This document shows, in pieces, positions 9,081 to 19,592 of a DNA stretch of 64,000 bases. Source of the DNA: Candidatus Bathyarchaeota archaeon (GTDB taxonomy: Archaea; Thermoproteota; Bathyarchaeia; Bathyarchaeales; Bathycorpusculaceae); the NCBI GenBank assembly GCA_963827165.1, contig CAWGZR010000005.1:800001-864000 (forward strand), read 5' to 3'. The position numbers and the translations under genes are program-made. Under the pieces are notes generated by a model. It saw only the letters and a list, made by a program, of their open reading frames with translations. It made no database searches and was not told where the DNA came from. The number at the start of each line of letters is the position of its first letter. The stretch's first letter is position 1.

Positions 9081-9760
9081 CCATGAGAATTTGCGTTTCA
9101 ATCCTACCGAAAAACTGCTTAGAGGCATTAGATCTCATTAAATGTGCAGAAACAGCCAAAGCCGACCTCATCGAAGTTAGGTTGGACCATCTCGAAATAT
9201 CCACAAACCTAAAGGAAATTACCAAGAGCACAAAAATACCGTTAATCGCGACCCGTAAGCTGACTAGCGAGAACGGTTTTTTTTCTGGAACGGAAGCTGA
9301 AAAGGAACAAAGTCTTCTGAACGCTGCTGAAAACGGTTTCGAGTATGTTGACGTTGATCTGTCAAGCCCAAACCATCAGGAAACAGCCGAAAAAATTAAG
9401 CAATTAGGCAGAAAACTTATCCTTTCCTACCACAAATCCGACGGTACCTTAAGCTGCTCTGCACTGGAGAATATTCTGGACGAAGAAATCTCCTGCGGCG
9501 CCAACGTCTGCAAAATCGTGGTAACAGCTAAGAAAATCGAGGACAACTTGGCAATGCTTAATTTCGTTGCTTCCCATTCAAGCAAAGCTAAACTTGTCTG
9601 TTTTTGCATGGGTGAAGCGGGCAAGGTTTCAAGGCTTCTTTCCCCGATGTTCGGTGCCTTCTTCACTTTTGCTTCGCTTGAACAGGGCAGCGAAACGGCG
9701 AAAGGGCAAATGTCGATTAGCGAAATGAAAACTGCATACGACCTCTTAGGAGGACCTTGA
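9077..9760 (+). CDS. aroD: Type I 3-dehydroquinate dehydratase
   Basis: EVRLD, ILSYH, CKI, FCMGEAGKVSR, TAKGQ. Confidence 0.92.
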   Translation: MTMRICVSILPKNCLEALDLIKCAETAKADLIEVRLDHLEISTNLKEITKSTKIPLIATRKLTSENGFFSGTEAEKEQSLLNAAENGFEYVDVDLSSPNHQETAEKIKQLGRKLILSYHKSDGTLSCSALENILDEEISCGANVCKIVVTAKKIEDNLAMLNFVASHSSKAKLVCFCMGEAGKVSRLLSPMFGAFFTFASLEQGSETAKGQMSISEMKTAYDLLGGP

Positions 9761-9763
9761 GAG

Positions 9764-10630
9764 ATGCTTGTTTCAGGGAAAACCAAGATTTTCGGAGTAA
9801 TCGGAGACCCCATTGAGCACAGCCTAAGCCCAATCATCCAAAATGCAGCGTTTGCAGCCTCAAAACTTGACTGCGCTTTCTTGGCGTTTAAAGTAAAAGA
9901 CTCTGAGTTGGGAAAAGCCCTGGATGGCGTACGAGGGTTAGACATTCAAGGGCTCAATGTCACTATGCCGCATAAAACCGGTATTCTCGGCTTCTTAGAT
10001 GAAGTTGATCAGACAGCCAAGCTATTGAAGGCAGTTAACACGGTTAAGAACAAGGAAGGAAAACTCTTAGGGTTCAATACTGACGGTGCCGGCGCAACGG
10101 CAGCGCTAAGAGAAAACGGCGTTGAGCTCAAAGGCAAAAAAATAATGTTACTTGGGGCAGGTGGGGCTGCGAGGGCAATAGGTTTTGCATTGGCTGAGCA
10201 AGCGGGCGAGCTTTCAATTTTGAATCGGTCAATTCAGCCTGCCGCCGAGTTGGCTGAACTAGTTTATCACGAGTTCAATACCAAGGTTTTCGCATACACA
10301 CTTTCACCGTTGACAGTTAGAGGAACTCTTATTGATGCTGACCTGTTGATTAATGCTACTTCAGTCGGGATGGAGCCAAACGACAAAGAAAACATAGTGG
10401 ATCCCAGGTGGCTTAAGTCTGACTTGGTGGTAATGGATATAGTGTACAACCCTATTGAAACCCGACTTGCGAAAAACGCGAAGAAGGCAGGCGCAAAAGT
10501 CGTCAGCGGTATTGAAATGCTGATTTATCAGGGGGCGGCATCGTTTGAAATATGGACTGGTCAAAAGGCGCCAATTGGAGTTATGAGAGAGGCAGCGTTT
10601 AATCATTTGGAGAAGGAGCAGAAGAGTTGA
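9764..10630 (+). CDS. aroE: Shikimate dehydrogenase
   Basis: HSLSP, NVTMPHK, AVNT, NTDG, GAGGAARA, NATSVGM, DIVYNP. Confidence 0.96.
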   Translation: MLVSGKTKIFGVIGDPIEHSLSPIIQNAAFAASKLDCAFLAFKVKDSELGKALDGVRGLDIQGLNVTMPHKTGILGFLDEVDQTAKLLKAVNTVKNKEGKLLGFNTDGAGATAALRENGVELKGKKIMLLGAGGAARAIGFALAEQAGELSILNRSIQPAAELAELVYHEFNTKVFAYTLSPLTVRGTLIDADLLINATSVGMEPNDKENIVDPRWLKSDLVVMDIVYNPIETRLAKNAKKAGAKVVSGIEMLIYQGAASFEIWTGQKAPIGVMREAAFNHLEKEQKS

Positions 10631-11496
10631 TGGGGCAAGCTACGGCTATTGCGTATGGCGCTGCGACGATTGTTAACGCGATGGCGACCGGGAAAGGCGC
10701 CGCTTTTGGAGTTGATCTGTACACAAAGGCACAGGTAAAATTGATTGATGATCCTTCGATTATCAAAGCGGAGATAGCTTCTGACCCCAAAGAAAGCACC
10801 CTTCTGATGGAGAAAACTGTCGCTCGGGTTCTACAACGATTCAATGCAGAAAAGAGGTTCGGTGTAAAAGTTAAAACTTGGTCAAACATCCCCATTGCCC
10901 GAGGACTTAAAAGCAGCAGTGCAGCAGCGAACGCGGTGGCTTTGGCGACTACGGCGGCGCTTGGTGAAATGGAAGATGACTTTAGAATTATCAATTTGGG
11001 TGTGGATGCCGCTTTCGACGCGAAAGTTACGGTTACAGGAGCTTTCGATGATGCGTGCGCTTCTTATTTTGGCGGCGTAGTCCTTACTGATAACTTGGAA
11101 CGGAAAATTGTTGGGCAGTTGTCGCTTCCTGACGATTTAGTCGTGCTTTTTCACGTTCCTCCAAGGAAAGCCTATTCGGCTGACTCGAACATTGAAAGGC
11201 TTAAAAACATGACATCGCTGGTTCAGGTTGCTTACGAGGAGGCTTTAGCGGGAAAGTTTTGGGAGGCTTTGACGCTTAACGGTTTACTTTACTCCTCTGC
11301 TTGGGGGTACGACTCATCAATCGCAATTGACGCATTAGCTGCTGGAGCAGTGGCGGCTGGGCTTTGTGGTAAAGGTCCCGCAGTGACTGCTGTTATGCCT
11401 AAAGATAAGGTTGATTCGGTGAGGGCTGCATTTCAAAATTTCGGCGGCGAAGTCTTACAGGCCGGTTTCAACCGGGAAAAAGCAAAGGTGATTTAG
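10627..11496 (+). CDS. aroK: Archaeal GHMP-family shikimate kinase
   Basis: IVNAMATGKG, IPIARGLKSSSA, TGAFDDACAS. Confidence 0.95.
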   Translation: MMGQATAIAYGAATIVNAMATGKGAAFGVDLYTKAQVKLIDDPSIIKAEIASDPKESTLLMEKTVARVLQRFNAEKRFGVKVKTWSNIPIARGLKSSSAAANAVALATTAALGEMEDDFRIINLGVDAAFDAKVTVTGAFDDACASYFGGVVLTDNLERKIVGQLSLPDDLVVLFHVPPRKAYSADSNIERLKNMTSLVQVAYEEALAGKFWEALTLNGLLYSSAWGYDSSIAIDALAAGAVAAGLCGKGPAVTAVMPKDKVDSVRAAFQNFGGEVLQAGFNREKAKVI

Positions 11497-11498
11497 TA

Positions 11499-12803
11499 AT
11501 GGTGGATGTAATCGTTAAAAAATCTGAAAAGCTCAGCGGAGAAATCTGCGCTCCCCCCTCAAAATCCTACACTCAGCGGATGCTTATCGCAGCGGCTCTG
11601 TCCAACGGCACAGGTAAAGTGTCAAACCCGCTTCTTTCGGATGATACGGAAGCAACCCTGCGCGCGATAACGTCTTTGGGCTCTGAAATAACGTTTGAGG
11701 AAAACTGTTGGGCCGTCAAAGGTGCAGCTCCGATTAAAAACGCGAAATCACTTGTCGACTGCGGAGAATCTGGAGCAACATTGCGCTTCATGATACCCAT
11801 AGCTGCCTTGGCGAGTGAGCCCTCAATTCTCCTTTTCCGAGGTTCTCTTGACCGCAGACCTATTGAACCTCTAATAAAAAGCCTAGATGACTTGGGCGCC
11901 AAGGTTCATTTGAAGAAATTCGGAGATAAAGATGCGGTGGTTGTCGAGGGCGGCGGAATCCTCGGAGGCCAAACCTCTATCCGCGGAGATGTTAGTTCTC
12001 AGTTTATTTCAGGCTTAATGTTTGCTTGTCCGATGGCGAAGGTGGATACCGAAATCGTGCTCGAAACGCCCTTGGAGTCTGTTGGATACGCAAAAATGAC
12101 TTGGGATGTACTTTCGAAGCACGGGGTTAGAGTGGACGTTTACGGCAACTTCGAGCGCCTCTTAATCCCTGCCAACCAAAACTTCAAGCCTATCGACTGC
12201 AGAGTGCCCGGTGACTTCTCCTCAGCCGCATTTCTCCTTGCAGCCGCAGCCGTCACTAACTCGAAAGTTCAAGTAGACGACCTCGATTACGCGAACACTC
12301 AGGGCGACAAAGCCATTCTAGGAATCCTTAAACAGATGGGTGCAGCGGGGAAAGTGTGCGAAAACAGAGTGGAAATAGACGGCTTGGGCACCCCCCTTGA
12401 GCCCTTGAACCTTGACGCAAAAAACATTCCTGACCTTGTTCCAGTTTGCACGGCTCTCGCATGCTTTGCTAAAGGCACCTCAAAAATAACCGGCGCGAAA
12501 AGGCTCAGGTTCAAAGAGTCAGACAGGCTGCAATCCCTGCAAGCCGAATTCTCAAAGATGGGTGCGGAGATAGAAGTAGACTCGGATGGGTTAACCATTA
12601 AAGGTAACTCTGCCTTGCACGGCGCCGTAATCGACTCCCACAATGACCATCGTGTGGCGATGGCTTGCGCTGTTGCTGCTCTTTGCGCTGAAAAGCAAAC
12701 TATCATTCAAAACGCACAGTGCGTCAGAAAGTCTTATCCGCAGTTCTTCCTTCATTTGAAACAGTTAGGAGCGGAAATCGTTGGCGGGAAATTCGACAGG
12801 TAA
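11499..12803 (+). CDS. aroA: EPSP synthase (3-phosphoshikimate 1-carboxyvinyltransferase)
   Basis: PPSKSYTQR, CGESGATLRF, SSQFIS, LRFKESDR, HNDHRVAM, KSYP. Confidence 0.97.
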   Translation: MVDVIVKKSEKLSGEICAPPSKSYTQRMLIAAALSNGTGKVSNPLLSDDTEATLRAITSLGSEITFEENCWAVKGAAPIKNAKSLVDCGESGATLRFMIPIAALASEPSILLFRGSLDRRPIEPLIKSLDDLGAKVHLKKFGDKDAVVVEGGGILGGQTSIRGDVSSQFISGLMFACPMAKVDTEIVLETPLESVGYAKMTWDVLSKHGVRVDVYGNFERLLIPANQNFKPIDCRVPGDFSSAAFLLAAAAVTNSKVQVDDLDYANTQGDKAILGILKQMGAAGKVCENRVEIDGLGTPLEPLNLDAKNIPDLVPVCTALACFAKGTSKITGAKRLRFKESDRLQSLQAEFSKMGAEIEVDSDGLTIKGNSALHGAVIDSHNDHRVAMACAVAALCAEKQTIIQNAQCVRKSYPQFFLHLKQLGAEIVGGKFDR

Positions 12804-13893
12804 AGAATTTGTAGTTACCACTTTCGGCGAAAGTCACGGCAAAGTCGTAGGAGTCTTGATAGATGGTTGCCCAGCAGGCTTACCCATATCTGAGGCTGAC
12901 ATTTTGGCCGAGTTGGACAGACGCATCCCCGCTGACCCTAAAATAGTCTCCAGCAGAATTGAAAAAGACGTTCCCAAAATTCTTTCAGGCGTTTTTAACG
13001 GCTTCACGACTGGCGCTCCAATAGCCGTTACCGTTGAAAACAAAGAGGTAGAATCAGCGGATTACGAAGCAATCAAGGATTTACCCCGTCCTGGGCACGC
13101 GGATTACCCAGCGAAAGTTCGATATGGCGGGTTTAACGATTACCGCGGTGGCGGCCGCTTCAGCGGAAGAGTTACAGTTGCTTTGATAATGGCTGGAGCC
13201 ATAGCCAAAAAACTGCTAAGCCGCTTCGACATTGACGTTTTAGCATATACAAGAGCCATAGGCAAAGTTAGAAGCGACAAGAAGTTCAGCACCCAAGAAA
13301 TCGAAAGGAATCGCTACGCCGTGACAACGCGATGTCCTGACCCTAAATGTGGAGAAAGAATGGAGCAAGCCATTGTTGACGCTAGAAGAGAGAGCGAAAG
13401 CATCGGCGGAGTAATTGAATGCATCGTTCTTAACGTTCCAGCGGGGGTTGGCGAGCCAATGTTTGATTCGCTTGACGCCGACTTATCTAAAGCTTTGATT
13501 AATGTGCCCGCCGTTAAGGGTGTGGAGTTCGGGTTGGGCTTCGAGATCACCGAGTTAAAAGGCTCAGAAAGTAACGATGCATACGTAATGCAAAATGGCA
13601 AAGTCACAACTTCAACGAATAACATGGGTGGAATCTTGGGCGGCTTATCCAACGGCATGCCCATCATTATGCGCGTGGCAATTAAGCCGACGCCTTCCAT
13701 CTTCAAAACACAGAAAACCATTGATCTATCAAGCATGGAAGAAACATCTGTAAGCGTCAATGGCAGGCACGACCCATGCGTGGTTCCAAAAGCCGTCCCC
13801 GCCGTGGAAGCCGCCGTTGCTGTGACGTTAGCTGACCACATGATTCGTGTAGGTTTCATACCGAAAATCTTGGAGGCAAAGAAAAAATGTTAG
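12781..13893 (+). CDS. aroC: Chorismate synthase
   Basis: FGESHG, RPGHAD, GGGRFSGR, KPTPSI, GRHDPC. Confidence 0.97.
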   Translation: MAGNSTGKEFVVTTFGESHGKVVGVLIDGCPAGLPISEADILAELDRRIPADPKIVSSRIEKDVPKILSGVFNGFTTGAPIAVTVENKEVESADYEAIKDLPRPGHADYPAKVRYGGFNDYRGGGRFSGRVTVALIMAGAIAKKLLSRFDIDVLAYTRAIGKVRSDKKFSTQEIERNRYAVTTRCPDPKCGERMEQAIVDARRESESIGGVIECIVLNVPAGVGEPMFDSLDADLSKALINVPAVKGVEFGLGFEITELKGSESNDAYVMQNGKVTTSTNNMGGILGGLSNGMPIIMRVAIKPTPSIFKTQKTIDLSSMEETSVSVNGRHDPCVVPKAVPAVEAAVAVTLADHMIRVGFIPKILEAKKKC

Positions 13894-14150
13894 ACGAGCT
13901 TGAACTTTACAGAAAAGAAGTTGACCAAGTTGACGATTTGATTTTGAAATCGTTGACTGAAAGAGTCAAGATATGCATGGCGATAGGTTTGTTGAAGAAA
14001 AAGCGTGGACTGCCAGTTAAAGATATTTCCCGAGAAAATGATGTTTACAAAAAGGTAAAGGCGAAATCTGCCAAATTGTGCCTGGATTCCGCGAGGGTTG
14101 AGGCAGTTTACCGCGAAATAGTTAATATGTGCAGTGCAGTTCAAGAGTAA
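13887..14150 (+). CDS. Chorismate mutase (AroQ class)
   Basis: LELYRKEVDQVDDLILKSLTER, K...D.SRE; operon context. Confidence 0.9.
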   Translation: MLDELELYRKEVDQVDDLILKSLTERVKICMAIGLLKKKRGLPVKDISRENDVYKKVKAKSAKLCLDSARVEAVYREIVNMCSAVQE

Positions 14151-14180
14151 GAAATAATCTGAAAAGGAAAGTTTACGGTA

Positions 14181-15260
14181 ATGCTCTACGAAATAAACGA
14201 GAAAGCCATAAGACTTGAGAACGAAGGAAAGAAAATAATCCGCTTAAACTTAGGTGACCCGGACCTTGCAACGCCACCTGAAATAGTGGAAGCTGCGTAC
14301 GCCGCAATGAAGGCAGGCAAAACAAAGTATGCCTCAGCTTACGGCGAAGAAAAATTAAGGCAGAAACTCGCGAAGATTCATGGAGTTAAACCAGAGAACG
14401 TAGTTATTACGCCTGGTTCAAAATGGGGCGTTTTCGCCACGTTATATCTGACGATGAAAGGCGGCGGCAACATCATCGTTCCCACACCTTACTGGACCGC
14501 CTACGATTTGATGGCTAAAAGCCTCGGTGCCGAAACAAGACTGTTGAGAACCGAAATGGAAAACGGCTGGAAAGTGGATTTGGGCAAGCTTGAAGCCACG
14601 ATTGACAAAGACACAAAAATGATTATACTCAATAACCCCAATAATCCAACAAGCAAAGTCATGGATCCCAAAACCTTAGACGGTATAGTGGAAATCGCCA
14701 ACAAGAGGGGTATAACCATCCTTTCAGACGAAGTTTACGGTCCAATTAGCTTTGTAAAAACAAAAAGCATCCTTGAATATGACGGCAACAACACCCATAT
14801 TCTCTCAAACGGCTTCTCAAAAATGTTCACAATGACAGGCTGGCGAATCGGCTACATAATAGCAAACAAGCCGCTAATCGACAACATAACAAAACTGAAC
14901 CAAATTACCATAAACAACGTTCCTGTTTTCATACAGGAAGCAGCTTTGAAAGGGCTTGAAATGCAGAAGAGCCTGACCAAAACAATAGAAACCGAATATG
15001 AGGAACGCGCAAAGATGGCGTGTAAAACCTTGGCGAAAGCAGGGCTATCCTTCACCGAACCCGAAGCACCCTTCTACGTGTTTCCCAAACGCAAAGGCTT
15101 AGACTCCGAAAAATTCGCGTTAAAACTGCTTGACAAAGGCGTGGCCGTTGCACCCGGAACCTCTTTCGGAGACTACCGAGAACATTTCCGCATCTCCCTA
15201 ACCGCGCCCAGAGAAGAAATCACGATCGGATTGGATAAAATAAGCGAGGCGCTTAAATGA
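14181..15260 (+). CDS. Class I/II PLP aminotransferase, probably aromatic/aspartate
   Basis: NNPNNPT, SDEVY, FSKMFTMTGWRIG, FRIS. Confidence 0.9.
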   Translation: MLYEINEKAIRLENEGKKIIRLNLGDPDLATPPEIVEAAYAAMKAGKTKYASAYGEEKLRQKLAKIHGVKPENVVITPGSKWGVFATLYLTMKGGGNIIVPTPYWTAYDLMAKSLGAETRLLRTEMENGWKVDLGKLEATIDKDTKMIILNNPNNPTSKVMDPKTLDGIVEIANKRGITILSDEVYGPISFVKTKSILEYDGNNTHILSNGFSKMFTMTGWRIGYIIANKPLIDNITKLNQITINNVPVFIQEAALKGLEMQKSLTKTIETEYEERAKMACKTLAKAGLSFTEPEAPFYVFPKRKGLDSEKFALKLLDKGVAVAPGTSFGDYREHFRISLTAPREEITIGLDKISEALK

Positions 15261-16132
15261 AAACCGCCGTTCTCGGCGCGGGAAAAATGGGTGTTTGGTT
15301 CGCAAAATTTTGCGAAGAGAACGGCGATAGCGTAATCCTGTCAGATAGAAAATCTGAGAAGCTGACGAAACTTGGTAAAGAGTTAGGGGTCGAAACCACT
15401 ACTAACTTCGTGGAAGCGGCTAAGGTAGCTGACGAAATAATGATTTGTGTTTCAATCAGCAGCTTCGAAGAAGTTGTAAAAAAAATAGGCCCACATATTC
15501 ATGATGGGCAAGTGGTTACTGACATATGCTCAATCAAAGAGTACCCCGTCAAAGTCATGCATGAGTACATCAAGCACGGCTTGGTTTTAGGTACTCACCC
15601 CGTTTTCGGTCCGGGAAGCAAAGGCGTAAAACACAAAGCTTACGTGCTTACCCCAACGTCTCCCGAGGAGGAGAAATATGCCGACGGCTTCAAAAGGTGG
15701 CTGGAAAAAGAAGAAGCACACGTTTTTGTGATGACGCCTCAGAAACATGACCAACTCATGTCCGTCGTTCTAGGACTGCCTCATTTCCTCGGATTAGCTG
15801 CCTGCGAAACCCTTCTCGAACAAAAGGACTTCCCTGAAACCAAGAAGATGGCAGGGACAACTTACCGCATGCTATTTACTCTTGCAGAGGTAGCCGCTCT
15901 TGAAACTCCTGACCTATACGCTAACCTGCAGATGAAGCTGCCTGAGATGGGAAAAATCGAAGACCTCTACATCGCCAAGGCGCAGGAGTGGCTGGACTTG
16001 CTTAAGAAAAAGGACCCGTTGGTCATCATTAACCGAATGGAGCAGCTCAGAGCTAAGCTGCTGAAAGCTGACCCAAACTTCGTCGAATCCTACGAAATCA
16101 TGTACCGAATGCTTGAAGCGACGGAAAAGTAG
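15257..16132 (+). CDS. tyrA: Prephenate dehydrogenase
   Basis: GAGKMG, DICSIK, HPVFGP, HDQLMSVVLGLPH. Confidence 0.93.
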   Translation: MKTAVLGAGKMGVWFAKFCEENGDSVILSDRKSEKLTKLGKELGVETTTNFVEAAKVADEIMICVSISSFEEVVKKIGPHIHDGQVVTDICSIKEYPVKVMHEYIKHGLVLGTHPVFGPGSKGVKHKAYVLTPTSPEEEKYADGFKRWLEKEEAHVFVMTPQKHDQLMSVVLGLPHFLGLAACETLLEQKDFPETKKMAGTTYRMLFTLAEVAALETPDLYANLQMKLPEMGKIEDLYIAKAQEWLDLLKKKDPLVIINRMEQLRAKLLKADPNFVESYEIMYRMLEATEK

Positions 16133-16140
16133 GAAGTTAG

Positions 16141-16761
16141 ATGCACAAATCATTGGTTGTGAACTGTTCTTTAAAATCTAAAAGCGAGGCTTTAGTTGAA
16201 GCCGTTGGAAAGTTCAGCGAATATGAGGTTATCCATTTTAGCGATGTCAATGAGGGCTATCTAGTGGGCGAAGATTTTGACGCAGTTGTCCTCAGCGGTT
16301 CTGGAGCTCGAATAGTTGACCCGGCTGACAGGCGATTCTTCGAAGGCGTTGTCAAATTGATTAAAAACTGTGACTTGCCCACATTGGGCATTTGCTATGG
16401 TCACCAGTTGCTCTGCTGGGCTTTTGGCGCCAAAGTTGGGTCGCTTGCGCAGCCAGTTTTGGACCGTTTTGAGTCGGTACGGGTAGTTGAGGCCTACGGT
16501 ATATTCGGCGGTTTTAGAGAAAATCAGATAGTGCGTTTGTCAGAAAACCATTACGATTACGTCTTAAAAGAAAATCTTGACCAGGCGGGCTTCCATATTT
16601 TGGCGGATTCAGTTTCATGCGAAGTGGAAGCAGTTAAGCACAAAAGCAAACCGATTTACGGCGTTCAATTCCATCCTGAACGCATAAAAGCAAAAGACGA
16701 ATTGCATCCCGAGGGTCACAGGATCATCGAAAACTTTTACATGAAAGTGGTTAAAAAATAA
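16141..16761 (+). CDS. Stand-alone class I glutamine amidotransferase
   Basis: LSGS, GICYGHQ and QFHPE catalytic triad motifs. Confidence 0.88.
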   Translation: MHKSLVVNCSLKSKSEALVEAVGKFSEYEVIHFSDVNEGYLVGEDFDAVVLSGSGARIVDPADRRFFEGVVKLIKNCDLPTLGICYGHQLLCWAFGAKVGSLAQPVLDRFESVRVVEAYGIFGGFRENQIVRLSENHYDYVLKENLDQAGFHILADSVSCEVEAVKHKSKPIYGVQFHPERIKAKDELHPEGHRIIENFYMKVVKK

Positions 16762-16835
16762 CTACATAGATTTATCAAGTCGACTTTTAAGAAAAACTAA
16801 AGAATGCATGTTCGATGCTTTAGGGTGTGGTTTTT

Positions 16836-17271
16836 GTGGAATTTGAGAAGGCTCCAGCTGGACTTGTCGAATTCATCGCAGAAAAGGTGAAGAACGTAAA
16901 CTTCGAGTACCGCCAAATGTTCGGGTACCCCATCCTACTTCATCAACGGCAACATGTTTGTAGGACTTTTCGGTGATAAACTACTTCTGAGGCTTTCATA
17001 CGTTGACTCAGTGGAAATTTTTAAAACCCACCCGGACTCTGAGTTTTTTGAGTCAATGCCTGAAAGAGCAATGAAAGGCTATGTCGCACTTCCAAGATCA
17101 GTTTATTCAAACGACGCTGAGTTTGAGAAATTTCTCAATAAATCGATCGAATATGTTTCGTCGTTGCCTCCCAAAAAAACGAAAGCTAAGAAGAAAAGCG
17201 ACTATTCACCTATTTGTAGGGACAATCCCAAAATCTTGAAAAAAATTTATGTTGAAATAGCTCCAATTTAG
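16836..17271 (+). pseudogene. TfoX/Sxy N-terminal-domain protein with +1 frameshift in a C4 run at 16928-16931 (possibly a sequencing error)
   Basis: GTG start; RQMFGYP in one frame continues as SYFINGNMFVG...MKGYV.LP in the next. Confidence 0.75.
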
Positions 17272-18080
17272 ATTACTCGCGGGTAGGACCCTAGAATTTT
17301 CACGAATGTAGCGTATTTTTCCAAGGCTTCCAAAGCTTCTGCACAGCGTTTTTCGGTTCGATGACCTTCGAAGTCAAGGTAGAAGTTGTACTGCCATGCG
17401 GTGGTTTTTGTTGGTCTTGATTCGATTCTTGTCAAGTTGATATTTCTTGAAGCAAACTCTCCGAGGGCGTGGTAAAGGGTTCCAGGGGCGTGTTTGGCTG
17501 AGAAGATGATTGAGGTTTTGTCGTCTCCTGTCGGCGCCGCATCTTCATGTGACAACACCAGAAATCGGGTATAGTTCGATGCGTTATCAGCTATGTCTCT
17601 GGAGAGAATTTTCATGCCATAGAGACCTGCCGCTTTTTCGCTGGCGATTGCTGCAGCGTTGAAAAGGCATTTTTCTTTTATGAGCTTAACGCTTCCAGCT
17701 GTGTCATAGACAGGGATGATTTCCCATTTTTGTTTTTCAAGGTAGTTTCGGCATTGCGCCAGGGCCTGGGGATGCGAATAAACCGTTTCGATGTCCTCAA
17801 GTTTGGTTTGTGGGTTGCCGATAAGGACATGGGCAAGTTTCACCGCCACTTCTCCGCTGACTTTGAGGTCGTAGGCCAGGAACAAGTCATAGTTTTGGTT
17901 AACGCTGCCTTCGATCGAATTCTCGATTGGGATAACTCCAGCTGGAACCGCTGCATTCTTTACTGATTCGAAGACGTCACGGAAGTCCTTGCATGGAACT
18001 GGCTCCACTTTGCTGCCGAAGAACTTGTAGACCGCCATTTCGCTGTAGGCGCCGCTTTCACCTTGGAAGGCTACCTTCAC
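17268..18080 (-). CDS. pheA: Prephenate dehydratase with ACT domain
   Basis: PIENSIEGSV, SHPQALAQC, NYTRF, TRIESRP, LGSYP. Confidence 0.96.
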   Translation of the reverse strand: MKVAFQGESGAYSEMAVYKFFGSKVEPVPCKDFRDVFESVKNAAVPAGVIPIENSIEGSVNQNYDLFLAYDLKVSGEVAVKLAHVLIGNPQTKLEDIETVYSHPQALAQCRNYLEKQKWEIIPVYDTAGSVKLIKEKCLFNAAAIASEKAAGLYGMKILSRDIADNASNYTRFLVLSHEDAAPTGDDKTSIIFSAKHAPGTLYHALGEFASRNINLTRIESRPTKTTAWQYNFYLDFEGHRTEKRCAEALEALEKYATFVKILGSYPRVI

Positions 18081-19588
18081 GGTTTGTTTCCCTGCTTACG
18101 CTTAATCAGAAGCTTGTTTATACCGATTATCATCGCCTCAACACTAGCCATAACGATGTCCTCTCTAGCTGCACGTGCGGAGACAAGGTTTCCTTTTTCA
18201 TCTTCCACTTTAATAATGACTTCTGCAACCGCGTTTGAGCCACCAGTAATGGCTTCAAGACGGTATTCTCTGAGCCGAATTTTTTCTTGATTGCTGATTA
18301 GCTTCTGAATTGCTTTGAGAACCGCGTCAACTGGACCTACACCTGTCTCAGCTGCAACGTATTCTTTCCCATCCAGAACTAGCCGCACAGACGCAGTGGG
18401 AATGACTTTGATGCCTGTGACAACAGCCATGTCGCATAAGGAAACGATTTTTTCTTCCCCGATAACTTCGCCGATAACAGCTGAAGTTAACGCGAGCAGG
18501 TCAGCGTCTGTCACCATCTTACCTTTGTCGCCAAGTTCCTTAACTCGTTGAACAATCTCTTTCAGTTGCTTCTCTGTTGGGTGGATGCCGACTTCTTCCA
18601 ACTCGGCTTTGATGCCGCTTGTTCCTGCAAGTTTTCCAGCTACAAGTTTTCTTGTGCGTCCCACTAAGGCAGGGTCTATCGGTTCAAAGGTCAATGGTTT
18701 TTCAGTTACTCCGCGAGTGTGGATGCCTGATTCATGCGCAAAGGCGTTTTCGCCGACCAATGCCTTGTTAGCCTGCACAGCAATGCCTGTCAAAGTGGAA
18801 ACCATTCGGGACGTACTGTAGAGCAGTCGGCTATTTACACCCGTTCTATATTTGTAGATTATATGGAGTGCCATAACAACTTCTTCCAGCGCGGCGTTGC
18901 CTGCACGTTCGCCTAGTCCGTTGACTGCGACATGCACTTGTGCAGCGCCTGCTTCCACAGCCGCCAATGAGTTTGCGACTGCTAACCCGAAGTCGTCGTG
19001 GCAATGAATGCTGATGGGAACGCTAACTACGGATTTTATTTCTTCGACGAATTTTACGGTTGATTTGGGAATCATGATGCCGACAGTATCAGGTAGGTTT
19101 AATGTGTCCATCCCAGCTTCTTGTGCCGCTAGGCAGATTTTTTTGAGGAAAGACATTTCGGAGCGTGTGGCGTCCATGGGCGAAAACTCGCATTTAATCC
19201 CGTGCGCTTTAACATGCTCGATGGATTCGACGGCGGAAGCTAGCACTTGCTCAGGCGTCAAATTGACCGCATATCTCATCTGTACCTCGGAAGTGGGAAT
19301 GAAAACGTGAATTACGTCCACGTCGCAGTCCAGAGCCGCGTCAATATCGCCCTTTGTCGCGCGCGAAAGCGCGCAGATTTCAGAGTTCAAGCCCAGTTTG
19401 ACAATTTCTTTGACGACTTTTTTTTCGCCTTCAGAGGAACTTGGAAAACCCGCTTCTATGACGTCGACGCCCAGTTTGGCCAGTTGGCGCGCGATGTCAA
19501 CTTTGTCTTCAGGGGTTAAAGAAACCCCCGGCGTTTGTTCGCCGTCTCTTAGAGTGGTGTCTAAAATTCGAATGTATTTTCCAGTCAT
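18077..19588 (-). CDS. leuA: 2-isopropylmalate synthase / citramalate synthase family
   Basis: [33 protein letters not shown]-terminal GxGPVDA regulatory domain; leuA versus cimA not resolvable by eye. Confidence 0.85.
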   Translation of the reverse strand: MTGKYIRILDTTLRDGEQTPGVSLTPEDKVDIARQLAKLGVDVIEAGFPSSSEGEKKVVKEIVKLGLNSEICALSRATKGDIDAALDCDVDVIHVFIPTSEVQMRYAVNLTPEQVLASAVESIEHVKAHGIKCEFSPMDATRSEMSFLKKICLAAQEAGMDTLNLPDTVGIMIPKSTVKFVEEIKSVVSVPISIHCHDDFGLAVANSLAAVEAGAAQVHVAVNGLGERAGNAALEEVVMALHIIYKYRTGVNSRLLYSTSRMVSTLTGIAVQANKALVGENAFAHESGIHTRGVTEKPLTFEPIDPALVGRTRKLVAGKLAGTSGIKAELEEVGIHPTEKQLKEIVQRVKELGDKGKMVTDADLLALTSAVIGEVIGEEKIVSLCDMAVVTGIKVIPTASVRLVLDGKEYVAAETGVGPVDAVLKAIQKLISNQEKIRLREYRLEAITGGSNAVAEVIIKVEDEKGNLVSARAAREDIVMASVEAMIIGINKLLIKRKQGNKP

Positions 19589-19592
19589 TTTT

